Part shown: positions 9,146-16,889 of the stretch, in pieces | Numbering within the stretch: the first letter of the stretch is position 1 | Layout of the letters: each line of letters begins with the position of its first letter | Sequence record: NC_027330.1 | Reading direction: 5' to 3' (one strand) | Length of the DNA stretch: 45,403 bases | DNA from: Escherichia phage ECBP5 | Notes under the pieces: model-generated | What the model saw: only the letters and a program-made list of their open reading frames with translations | What the model was told of the DNA's origin: nothing | Database searches by the model: none | Made by a program: the position numbers and the translations under genes

Positions 9146-9366
9146 AGCCATTCAAAGATGTTGAAGATGGAGAGGTTTTCGTTGTTGATGGTGGTTTTGA
9201 ATTAAAGCGAGTCTCTGAATCCTCTGAGTATAATGCAGTGTTTACTGATTCAACTGATATAGGTGTTAATATCCCCTTTGATGAGACTACTTATACAGTA
9301 GATGAGTTTTCAAAATTACCAAAACCTGAACAGGAGATACTATTTGAAACCAGCAATTCTTACTAA
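9142..9366 (+). CDS. Acidic hypothetical protein (74 aa)
   Basis: ATGA overlap with upstream ORF. Confidence 0.5.
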   Translation: MKPFKDVEDGEVFVVDGGFELKRVSESSEYNAVFTDSTDIGVNIPFDETTYTVDEFSKLPKPEQEILFETSNSY

Positions 9367-9385
9367 CGCTAACGTTGGCCTCAAG

Positions 9386-9541
9386 ATGTCTGACCTTGAG
9401 GCTCGTGCTCGTGCTGGCGACCCTTGGGCGCAGGCTCAGCTGACTAAGCAAGCTATGGGCTTTGCTAACGCCATGCAAGCTGATGTCCGTGAGGGAGCTG
9501 ACATGCAAGACCGCAAGGACTTGCTGCTTATTAATCGATAA
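9386..9541 (+). CDS. Small hypothetical protein; alternative start at 9302
   Basis: In-frame ATGs at 9302 (overlapping upstream gene) and 9386; neither has a strong RBS. Confidence 0.4.
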   Translation: MSDLEARARAGDPWAQAQLTKQAMGFANAMQADVREGADMQDRKDLLLINR

Positions 9542-9578
9542 GCCACTTCGGTGGCTTTAGTATAGTGTACTAGACTGG
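9541..9578 (+). terminator. Hairpin with TTCG loop plus partial palindrome-family copy
   Basis: GCCAC-TTCG-GTGGC followed by TTT, then AGTGTACTAGACTGG. Confidence 0.4.
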
Positions 9579-9585
9579 AGTTAAT

Positions 9586-9855
9586 ATGAAGAAGACTCAT
9601 GTAGAGTTGTGGGCTTTTGGCAGTAATGGTCAGTTAGTTGCAACTGGTCTGGTCACACCAGCTGGTGTTTGCGGCTCTTTGTTTAAGAACTTCCCATGTG
9701 CTTATGGCGAGAGTGCAAGTCCACTAAGTGGTATGATTAAAGTTGATGGGAACTTTGGGTATGGTGTCACTGATAAATCAGAGCTTGAGTGGAAGTTACG
9801 TGCTAAGCGAACCTACCGTGCAGTCCGTTTCCAACGTGTTATTGTAGACTTCTGA
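9586..9855 (+). CDS. Hypothetical protein (89 aa)
   Basis: ORF following an intergenic hairpin. Confidence 0.55.
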   Translation: MKKTHVELWAFGSNGQLVATGLVTPAGVCGSLFKNFPCAYGESASPLSGMIKVDGNFGYGVTDKSELEWKLRAKRTYRAVRFQRVIVDF

Positions 9856-9863
9856 GGTGAATC

Positions 9864-10136
9864 ATGGTTAAAGATACTAGCTGGCAGGCTTACCAAGAAA
9901 TCCTGCGCGGTGGTGTGGCTGTTAAGCAAGCTGAGAAAGTCTTGCAAGTTATTAACTACTTCCCTGAAGGTGTTACCCGTGCTCAGTTGGCTCAGGGTAT
10001 GAACATGCCAATCAACTCAGTTTGTGGTCGTGTCAACGAGCTGCTGAAAGCTGAGGTAATCTATGTGTCAGGTACTGGTAAGTGTCCAGTAACTGGTAGG
10101 ACTGTTGAGATGCTGAAGGTGGTTGAGTATGAGTAA
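9864..10136 (+). CDS. Putative winged-helix DNA-binding protein (90 aa)
   Basis: Helix-turn-helix-like segment VTRAQLAQGMNMPINSVCGRVNELLK followed by a beta-hairpin-like YVSGTGKCPVTGRTVEM; assignment by eye only. Confidence 0.5.
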   Translation: MVKDTSWQAYQEILRGGVAVKQAEKVLQVINYFPEGVTRAQLAQGMNMPINSVCGRVNELLKAEVIYVSGTGKCPVTGRTVEMLKVVEYE

Positions 10137-10815
10137 TATTATCGCAGGCGCTATTGAGCTTGAAGAAGCAAAAGAATCCAAGGCCAAAAGCTTCAGTGTA
10201 GAAGATGTGCTTAAGAAGATTAAGGAGCACACGTTTGGCTGTGTAGTAGCTGGTGGTTATTGTCGTGACGTGTTTCATGGGGTGGCACATAAGGACATTG
10301 ACATCTGCATGTATAACTTCCACCCAAATGATGCTGGCGAGGTTGTCTTAGCTAATATGTTGTGGAAGTGGTTATCAACCAATGTTGCTGCTGAGAACAT
10401 TACAGCAACTAGTGGGGAGGACTATGATGACAAGCGCATACATTTTGTATGGCATCTTCCCTATCACAATGTGGACATCATCTGCTGGAACGCACACTCC
10501 CATACAAAAGTATTAAGTGGCTTTGACTGCAACCTTAATCAGTTCTACTTGCCGTCAACTGTTCCTTACTTTGATGGTGAGTCTGAGTATACACCAGACA
10601 TCAAGGAACACCCTGTATACTTTGGAGATGATTGCCCTGACTTCTTATTATTCCTTAAAGATCTACCCGATGAACGTGTAACTAAGATGGTTCAGAAGCA
10701 TCAGGCATTCTACCCAGCAGCTTGGTGTGGAACACAGGAGCCTGTTGTCTACTTTGATAAGATGCAAGGCTTTCCATGTGGGTTTGATGAAGACTTAGAT
10801 GAGATAGCTTGGTAA
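10123..10815 (+). CDS. Pol-beta-superfamily nucleotidyltransferase, CCA-adding/poly(A) polymerase head-domain type (230 aa)
   Basis: GGYCRDVFHGVAHKDIDI matches the GGxVRD...KDxD signature of the tRNA nucleotidyltransferase/PAP family; downstream FDCNLNQ resembles a degenerate RRDxTIN motif. Confidence 0.6.
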   Translation: MSMSNIIAGAIELEEAKESKAKSFSVEDVLKKIKEHTFGCVVAGGYCRDVFHGVAHKDIDICMYNFHPNDAGEVVLANMLWKWLSTNVAAENITATSGEDYDDKRIHFVWHLPYHNVDIICWNAHSHTKVLSGFDCNLNQFYLPSTVPYFDGESEYTPDIKEHPVYFGDDCPDFLLFLKDLPDERVTKMVQKHQAFYPAAWCGTQEPVVYFDKMQGFPCGFDEDLDEIAW

Positions 10816-10826
10816 CGTGAGGTAAT

Positions 10827-13412
10827 ATGAATAACTTTCCGTCAATGTTTGCCAATAAAGCTGACCGCCCCTCTGGTAAGGGGCGCTTTCTTGTTGGTGA
10901 CCTAGAGGGTGTAGGGCTTGTCAGGGCTATTCGTAAGCCGTCTGACATTCACGTCATCACCCTGCAAGATTACTTTAGCGGTGACTACTGGATTTTCTTC
11001 GACCCTATTGAGAATCGAATCAACCCTAGTGAGCTGCAAATGGAAGGTGAGCAGGATGGCTACATTGAGGATGGTGTTCGTATGCTCATGGAGTCAGAAG
11101 CTTTCTGCTTCCAGAACGGGGTAGGCTTTGACTTGCATGTGTTTGAGAAATGCTTCCCGTGGTTCAAGTATAACTACTTGGAGTCACGAGCAGCTAGACC
11201 ACATGCTGACATCTTCCCGTTTAAGTTTATGGATACCATGCTGGTTAGCCAGCTGACTTATCCAGACCGTCCATTGCCACCACAAGCTTACGCCATCGGA
11301 GCAGGTAATACAGGTCCGCATAGTATTGCAGCTCATGGTATCCGCATGGGTCGCTATAAGCCTGACCATGAGGACTGGTCTACCCTTACTGATGCAATGA
11401 TTCACCGTAACGTGGAAGACGTTGCTATCGGTACTGACATGCTTAAGTGGCTCATGGAGGGTGACTGGGCTGAGCAGAAAGCTCGTGGCCTTAACAAGAC
11501 TACTGGCTGCGGCATCGAGACTGCTTATCAGATGGAGCAGCAAGTAGCGCTCATGATTAGCCGTCAGGAGCAGCGTGGGTTCCGCTTTGATATGGCACAG
11601 GCTTACAAAGACTTCTGTACCATTGATAAGGAGATGGAAGATACAGCAGCTGCTGTTGACCCACTTATCCCACTCAGGCTGGTCACTAAGCCTTATAAGT
11701 TTGCTGACCTTAAATCAAGGTATGATGCACTTCTTAAATCTGGTCTGCTTGAGAATAGTAATCAAGATGATTTAGCTGCTTGGGGTTTATTGAGGCCATG
11801 TGATGTTAAAGACTTCTTCAATGGCATCCATCAGACCATGAAAGCTATGGGCGATGAAGCTCGCATGGGTGACAAGGCTACTATGTGGTCTTTGACAACC
11901 AAGAACGGTGACTACGGCAAGCGCCTGCAAGGTTACTTCCCTGAGATGCGGGGTAACATCAATGATACTCATGACCCTCTTGTAGCTGGTGCATTCACTC
12001 CAATTAGCTTTGAGCATATAGGATTGGGTAACCTTGACTACATCAAAGAGAAGGTGCTGTATCCGCTGGGCTGGCGTGGTGTTAACTTGTCTGACTCTGA
12101 GCAAGAGTGGTATGACGAGCATGGCACAACACGCTATCCGTGGGCTGGTAAGATTGATGATGACTCGCTTGAGCTGTGGAAGAAGAAGCAGGAAGTGCCA
12201 GAGTGGGCGCAGCAGGTTGTTAACTACTACATCTTACGCTCACGTCGCTCAGTTATCCTGAACCGTGGCGACCTTGACCACTTCCTTGAGAAGGGTCAGT
12301 GGCCTAAGCAGAAGAATGGGCGTCATGAATGTCGTGGCCTGCTGGCAGTAGCTTACTGCAAAGAGCATGACATGATGGCTATGGAATACTTTGCTAAGTT
12401 CCGTGAGTGGCCTACATCTGAGGATGAGGACTGGCGTGTACCAGCAGCGGCTTTCAGCATTGGTACTAACACGTTCCGTATGCGTCATCGCTTTGTGGTT
12501 AACATACCTGCTCGTGGGCTGTGGCCTCTGCGTCACCTGTTCATTGCATCCAAGGGTAAGCTTATCTTAGGCTGTGATGGGGCTGGACTTGAGCTGCGTA
12601 TGCTTAGTCACTTTATGAATGACCCTGAGTATCAGGACATCATTCTCACTGGTGACATTCATACACACAACCAGCTCAAAGCAGGCTTGCCTACTCGTGA
12701 TATGGCTAAGACATTCATCTATGCATTCCTGTATGGCTCAGGGATTGATGGCCTAGCTCGCTTGGCTGGCATTAGCTTTAGTGAGATGGAGCAGTGTATT
12801 GCTCGCTTCAAGGCAGAGCTACCTGCACTTGCTAAGCTCATTGAGCGTGTGGAAAATGCTGGTCGCAAGTTCGGATACCTGCAAGCTATTGATGGTAGAT
12901 GGGGTCGTATCCGTCGTAAGAATGGTAAGCCACTGCTGCACACTGCACTTAACGTATTGCTTCAGATGACAGGCTCTCTGGTCATGAAGTATGGTGAGTG
13001 CATCGCTGAGACTCAGATGATTGAGGAAGGAGTTGCATTAGATGATAAAGGCTATCCAGCTTTCGTGGCTAACGTACACGATGAAGTCCAGATGGAAGTC
13101 TCTGAAGATGAAGTTGATGTTATGGACTACACGTTGCCATATACACTTGATGGATTCGAGAATGAGAAGAAAGCTATCAAGGCAGTCTTTGATGTTGAAG
13201 AGAAGCGAGCGCACACAGATGATAGTGGGCGTAAGTGGTCAGCAGCTATCAAGGTTTCTGCTGCTGATGGTACTATCCATTGTCGCAGGTACTATCATCG
13301 AGCTGGTCACATCCTTATGGATGCTTTCGAGGCTGCTGGTGTTAAGTTCAACATGAGATGCCCACTTGCTGGTGAATATAAGATAGGTCGTAACTGGCAC
13401 GATACTCACTAG
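10827..13412 (+). CDS. DNA polymerase, family A, with 3'-5' exonuclease domain
   Basis: Exo I-like VGDLEG; motif A DGAGLELR; motif B RDMAKTFIYAFLYG; motif C VHDE; 861 aa. Confidence 0.93.
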   Translation: MNNFPSMFANKADRPSGKGRFLVGDLEGVGLVRAIRKPSDIHVITLQDYFSGDYWIFFDPIENRINPSELQMEGEQDGYIEDGVRMLMESEAFCFQNGVGFDLHVFEKCFPWFKYNYLESRAARPHADIFPFKFMDTMLVSQLTYPDRPLPPQAYAIGAGNTGPHSIAAHGIRMGRYKPDHEDWSTLTDAMIHRNVEDVAIGTDMLKWLMEGDWAEQKARGLNKTTGCGIETAYQMEQQVALMISRQEQRGFRFDMAQAYKDFCTIDKEMEDTAAAVDPLIPLRLVTKPYKFADLKSRYDALLKSGLLENSNQDDLAAWGLLRPCDVKDFFNGIHQTMKAMGDEARMGDKATMWSLTTKNGDYGKRLQGYFPEMRGNINDTHDPLVAGAFTPISFEHIGLGNLDYIKEKVLYPLGWRGVNLSDSEQEWYDEHGTTRYPWAGKIDDDSLELWKKKQEVPEWAQQVVNYYILRSRRSVILNRGDLDHFLEKGQWPKQKNGRHECRGLLAVAYCKEHDMMAMEYFAKFREWPTSEDEDWRVPAAAFSIGTNTFRMRHRFVVNIPARGLWPLRHLFIASKGKLILGCDGAGLELRMLSHFMNDPEYQDIILTGDIHTHNQLKAGLPTRDMAKTFIYAFLYGSGIDGLARLAGISFSEMEQCIARFKAELPALAKLIERVENAGRKFGYLQAIDGRWGRIRRKNGKPLLHTALNVLLQMTGSLVMKYGECIAETQMIEEGVALDDKGYPAFVANVHDEVQMEVSEDEVDVMDYTLPYTLDGFENEKKAIKAVFDVEEKRAHTDDSGRKWSAAIKVSAADGTIHCRRYYHRAGHILMDAFEAAGVKFNMRCPLAGEYKIGRNWHDTH

Positions 13413-13433
13413 TATTAAGCACTACAATAGGTA
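13413..13433 (+). promoter_or_regulatory. Phage-RNAP promoter candidate
   Basis: TATTAAGCACTACAATAGGTA immediately after the DNAP stop. Confidence 0.5.
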
Positions 13434-13461
13434 TAACAAACTAACTAACCAAGGAGTTATT

Positions 13462-13716
13462 ATGTGGAATATTATCTTTGAAGTATTAGCATTCTTCTTC
13501 TGTACTGTGTGCTTCTACCGTATTGCCAAGTGTTATGGTGATAAATTCAAATCTGCACTAGCTAACATGAAGCGTACTGAAAAACGTGAGCATCGTTATA
13601 ATTTTGCTGATTATCTAGAATTTCGTCAGTATCGTCTTGCTGCTATTTTATTTAAGGTAGCCACTTACGTATGCCTGTACTTTGCCTTGCTTAACTTATC
13701 AGCATTACTTAACTAA
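13462..13716 (+). CDS. Small hydrophobic (membrane?) protein (84 aa)
   Basis: Two hydrophobic segments; followed by hairpin CTCCCTC-TACT-GAGGGAG plus TTT. Confidence 0.5.
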   Translation: MWNIIFEVLAFFFCTVCFYRIAKCYGDKFKSALANMKRTEKREHRYNFADYLEFRQYRLAAILFKVATYVCLYFALLNLSALLN

Positions 13717-13802
13717 CAGTTAGCTCCCTCTACTGAGGGAGTTTGCTAGAGGGCCTAGTGTGGTTCTCTATCAAGCTATCAACTAACGTTAGGAGAAACA
13801 CA

Positions 13803-14567
13803 ATGTCTTTAGATAACTTTGACTTCGGCGCAGACCTAGCAGAAGCGTCTGGTGTCAAACGAGTAAACCCTGAAGTTGGCTTGCACTTTGCTCGTTTGCG
13901 TAGTGTGATTCACTTAGGCTCAATTGCTGCCATGTACCGTGGAAAGCCAAAGCCACCAGTTAACAAGGCTGCTTTCATCTTTGAACTTAAGGGCGACCTT
14001 GATGAGATTGATGACCTGCACCCTGACAACGGTGAGCCATTGTGCATCGGCATCGGGGTTAACCTTACCAAAGGTGACAATGCCAAGCTCACAGAAGTTA
14101 TGGCAGCTCTCATCTCTAAGAAGGAGATGGAGGAAGGTACTGTCAAAGGTATGGATGACCTGATTGGTCGTGTCTGCCAGCTTGACCTGAAGGGCAGTGA
14201 TGCCAAGGGTGATGACGGTAAGCCTAAGTACGTTGACATCAAATCACTCAGCCCTGTGGCTAAGGCATTCGCCGCACAGATTCCTGAGCTGTCAGTAGCT
14301 GGCGTAGGTCACTGCCGCCTGTCTCAGCTGTCTATGGCTGCGATGGATGAGCTGAACGTGTTCCTCGATGTCCAAGAGGGCATCATGAAATCTGAGGAGT
14401 GGAAAGCAGGAACGCACCCAGCAATCGCTCTGGTAGAGGAAATCCGCAAGGAGCGTCCGAACTATGCCAAGGCTGAGAAGAAGTCTGACAAAGGCGCTGA
14501 CGAGCCACAGGGCGAGCAGGAGCCGTCTAAGCCAGCTGAGCAGATGAACACCGATGAGGAGTTCTAG
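13803..14567 (+). CDS. Putative ssDNA-binding protein (T7 gp2.5-like by size and tail); acidic C-terminus ending in Phe
   Basis: AGGAGAAAC RBS before ATG 13803; C-terminus ...EQEPSKPAEQMNTDEEF; N-terminal DNFDFGA motif shared with the exonuclease; SSB call is an inference. Confidence 0.6.
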   Translation: MSLDNFDFGADLAEASGVKRVNPEVGLHFARLRSVIHLGSIAAMYRGKPKPPVNKAAFIFELKGDLDEIDDLHPDNGEPLCIGIGVNLTKGDNAKLTEVMAALISKKEMEEGTVKGMDDLIGRVCQLDLKGSDAKGDDGKPKYVDIKSLSPVAKAFAAQIPELSVAGVGHCRLSQLSMAAMDELNVFLDVQEGIMKSEEWKAGTHPAIALVEEIRKERPNYAKAEKKSDKGADEPQGEQEPSKPAEQMNTDEEF

Positions 14568-14609
14568 TCTAGTACACTAGACTGAAGCCGTACTAGTTAG
14601 CTAGTACGG
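14564..14609. repeat. Two adjacent palindromes (family copies)
   Basis: TCTAGTCTAGTACACTAGACTGA and CCGTACTAGTTAGCTAGTACGG. Confidence 0.7.
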
Positions 14610-14610
14610 T

Positions 14611-14633
14611 ATTAGGCACTACAATAGGAATAG
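14611..14633 (+). promoter_or_regulatory. Phage-RNAP promoter candidate (consensus copy)
   Basis: ATTAGGCACTACAATAGGAATAG. Confidence 0.6.
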
Positions 14634-14750
14634 AATGCTCAACTTATGCATCCCTGTATCTGGCGGTCGCTACAAAGGATACAGGTTGCCTATAGGCTGT
14701 AATGGTGTCCAAAGCCAACGGCTTGGGTGGTGCATAAGCATGAGCATTCT
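14634..14750 (+). other. Structured element between tandem promoters (nested inverted repeats); candidate small RNA or replication origin
   Basis: Outer inverted repeat ATGCTCAACTTATGCA / TGCATAAGCATGAGCAT enclosing hairpins CCTGTATC..GATACAGG and CCAAGCC..GGCTTGG; no ORF. Confidence 0.35.
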
Positions 14751-14755
14751 TAACC

Positions 14756-14779
14756 TATTAAGCACTACAATAGGAATAG
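14756..14779 (+). promoter_or_regulatory. Phage-RNAP promoter candidate
   Basis: CTATTAAGCACTACAATAGGAATAG. Confidence 0.55.
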
Positions 14780-14814
14780 TAGAATAGCCACACCGTGTGT
14801 GCTCCCTTCTCAAC

Positions 14815-14838
14815 CTATTAAGCACTAAATAGATATAG
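14815..14838 (+). promoter_or_regulatory. Promoter-like repeat with 2-bp deletion in the core (possibly weak or inactive)
   Basis: CTATTAAGCACTAAATAGATATAG; about 35-bp duplication of the preceding promoter block. Confidence 0.35.
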
Positions 14839-14875
14839 TGAATATCTCTTTCAAACTTTATGAGGAATTAATATT

Positions 14876-15235
14876 ATGGCATTTGTAATCAAATCTGATG
14901 TATCCAGTCGTATCGTAGCTGGCTCTTTCAAAAAGTCTGAGTTCTTCTATGTAGCTGATGAAGCTACTGGTGAGCTGGTTGGTAAGAAGTCTCACGACAT
15001 TCGTGAAGAAGCTGAACTGGAGCTGGCTGGTCTGGCAGGTCTGGAAGCTGGTCTGGAGTTCGCTAAGGCTCAGTTCCCTAAACTGTCCACTAAAGCTCAG
15101 GTTGGCAAAGCCAACGTAATCTCCGAGTATCTGGCTTGGGAAGCAGCTGGTAAGCCAGTTAAGTCTGTTGAAGAAGCAGACTCTGAAGAAGTACCGGAAG
15201 CTCCAGAAGCTGCCGCAGAAGACGAAACATTCTAA
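14876..15235 (+). CDS. Acidic 119-aa protein with SSB-like acidic C-terminal tail ending in Phe; probably highly expressed
   Basis: Preceded by three promoter-like motifs and followed by a strong terminator; net negative charge; C-terminus EAPEAAAEDETF. Confidence 0.75.
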   Translation: MAFVIKSDVSSRIVAGSFKKSEFFYVADEATGELVGKKSHDIREEAELELAGLAGLEAGLEFAKAQFPKLSTKAQVGKANVISEYLAWEAAGKPVKSVEEADSEEVPEAPEAAAEDETF

Positions 15236-15241
15236 TAAACT

Positions 15242-15279
15242 GCCCCATTGGTCAATTCGACCTTTGGGGCTTATTTTTG
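15242..15279 (+). terminator. Rho-independent terminator
   Basis: GCCCCATTGGTCAATTCGACCTTTGGGGC hairpin followed by TTATTTTTG. Confidence 0.65.
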
Positions 15280-15290
15280 TTGGAGGGTTT

Positions 15291-15413
15291 ATGCCTGTTT
15301 TCAAAAGGGTTTGTATGCTGTGTGGTACAGCGTTTTCTCCGGTTAAGAAAAGTCCATTCCTTTGCATAAGGTGTTACAGGAGTTGTGTTAAAGAGAGGGC
15401 TACTAATGTTTGA
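15291..15413 (+). CDS. Small zinc-ribbon-like protein (40 aa)
   Basis: GGAGGG RBS 5 nt upstream; CxxC...CxxC (CMLCG...CIRCY); stop overlaps the exonuclease start; not in ORF track. Confidence 0.4.
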   Translation: MPVFKRVCMLCGTAFSPVKKSPFLCIRCYRSCVKERATNV

Positions 15414-16491
15414 TAACTTCGACTTTGGGGCTGAGGTAACTGAACGTGTAAGCCCTGTAAAGCTGTGGCCTACTGAGGGTAGTGTGGTTGGCTTAGTAGA
15501 TGCTGACCTGTTGCCATATAACATTGCTTATGGCCTTGACCCGCTGAAGGTATTGCGAGCACAGAACAGAGTAGAGTCAGGTGACTGCTCCAGTATTAGC
15601 GAGACACCAGAGTTTATTGATGCTGCTGAGTCTATGGCTACCCGCATGAACAACTGGCTTGAGGAAGCTGGCTGTGATGCTGCCATTCCATATATGACGA
15701 AATCAGATAGCAACTTCAGGCTTGATGTAGCTTTCTCCAGACCGTACAAAGGTCAGCGTAAGAAGGAGAAGCCACCATTCTTCTATGAGTTGCGTGACTT
15801 CCTTATCAGCCACATGGGTGCTGTGATGTCAGATGGTGAGGAGGCTGATGACCTTATCTCTATGGAGGCTGAGCGTCGCAACAAGCTGCTTGAGGAACAG
15901 GGCATTGTATTAGGCTCACCTACTCATAAAGAGTTCTGTGACTTTGTTATCATCTCATCTGACAAGGATAGCCGCATCACAGCTGGCAGACACTATGACC
16001 CTTATCACATGAAGCTCACCTTTGGTACACCTGTTGGTGAGCTTGAGCCTGTTTATAAAGACGGGAAGATTAAGACTATCAAGGGTAGCGGCTTGCGCTT
16101 CTTTTATGCTCAGCTTCTAATGGGCGACCAGATTGATAATTACACTGGTATCCCTCGCTACAGGTTGCAGAAGGTCTACGAGCTGCTTGGTCAGCTTAAG
16201 ACAGAGCAAGAGCTTTATTATGCTGTACTTGAAGCTTATAAAGATAAGTATGGCAAGGGTATGGTGGTGGAAAACTACCGTGGAACTAAGAAGTTCTATG
16301 ATGACTACATGGATGACTTTGGAGTACCGCCACCTGATTATGAACTTTGGAAAGGCAAGAAAGCTTTCCTCACACCTTATCAGCTGATGGTAGAGCAAGG
16401 GAGACTTGCGTACATGCAGAAGTTTAAGGGTGACATCTGGAGAGCTAATTGCAAGCTTCCATCAGGTGGAGACTTGAGCGCATGGAGTTAA
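15406..16491 (+). CDS. 5'-3' exonuclease (T7 gp6-like, FEN family)
   Basis: VGLVDADLLPY, IISSDKDSRI and GDQIDNYTGIP parallel T7 gp6 segments; start at ATG 15406 (AGAGAGG RBS). Confidence 0.88.
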   Translation: MFDNFDFGAEVTERVSPVKLWPTEGSVVGLVDADLLPYNIAYGLDPLKVLRAQNRVESGDCSSISETPEFIDAAESMATRMNNWLEEAGCDAAIPYMTKSDSNFRLDVAFSRPYKGQRKKEKPPFFYELRDFLISHMGAVMSDGEEADDLISMEAERRNKLLEEQGIVLGSPTHKEFCDFVIISSDKDSRITAGRHYDPYHMKLTFGTPVGELEPVYKDGKIKTIKGSGLRFFYAQLLMGDQIDNYTGIPRYRLQKVYELLGQLKTEQELYYAVLEAYKDKYGKGMVVENYRGTKKFYDDYMDDFGVPPPDYELWKGKKAFLTPYQLMVEQGRLAYMQKFKGDIWRANCKLPSGGDLSAWS

Positions 16492-16889
16492 AGAAAACTA
16501 CTAAAGCTGATTTAGTTTGGATTAAGAAAGAGCTGCTGGAGAAGCAGCGTTACCGTTGCCCTATTACTGGTAGAGACTTACGGACAATGAAGCCAGCTAA
16601 CTTATGTGTTGACCACTGTCACACATCTGGTGTTATTAGAGCTGTGCTGCCAAAGGGTATCAATGGACTTGAAGGAAAGATTAAAACACTGATGCAACGG
16701 TTTGGTGGCTTTGAGGCCACTGATGTAGTAGGACAGGCCAAAGCCTTATATGCACTAGCAGACTTCATCCTTTTACACAGAGTGCCACAGACACCTTATC
16801 TGCATCATACACACCTGTCACCAGCAGAGCAGAGAGCCAAGCGTAATGCTCAGGCTCGTAAGCGGTATGCTTTGAAGAAGAAGGAGTAA
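16482..16889 (+). CDS. Endonuclease VII-like Holliday-junction resolvase
   Basis: CPITG...CVDHCHTSG zinc/His-Me finger motif; GGTGGAG RBS before ATG 16482. Confidence 0.7.
   Translation: MELKKTTKADLVWIKKELLEKQRYRCPITGRDLRTMKPANLCVDHCHTSGVIRAVLPKGINGLEGKIKTLMQRFGGFEATDVVGQAKALYALADFILLHRVPQTPYLHHTHLSPAEQRAKRNAQARKRYALKKKE

Noticed and set aside
14634-14750. Possible tRNA in the structured intergenic element
   Set aside because: No T-loop (GTTCRANYC-like) and no cloverleaf arrangement; stems are arranged as nested hairpins
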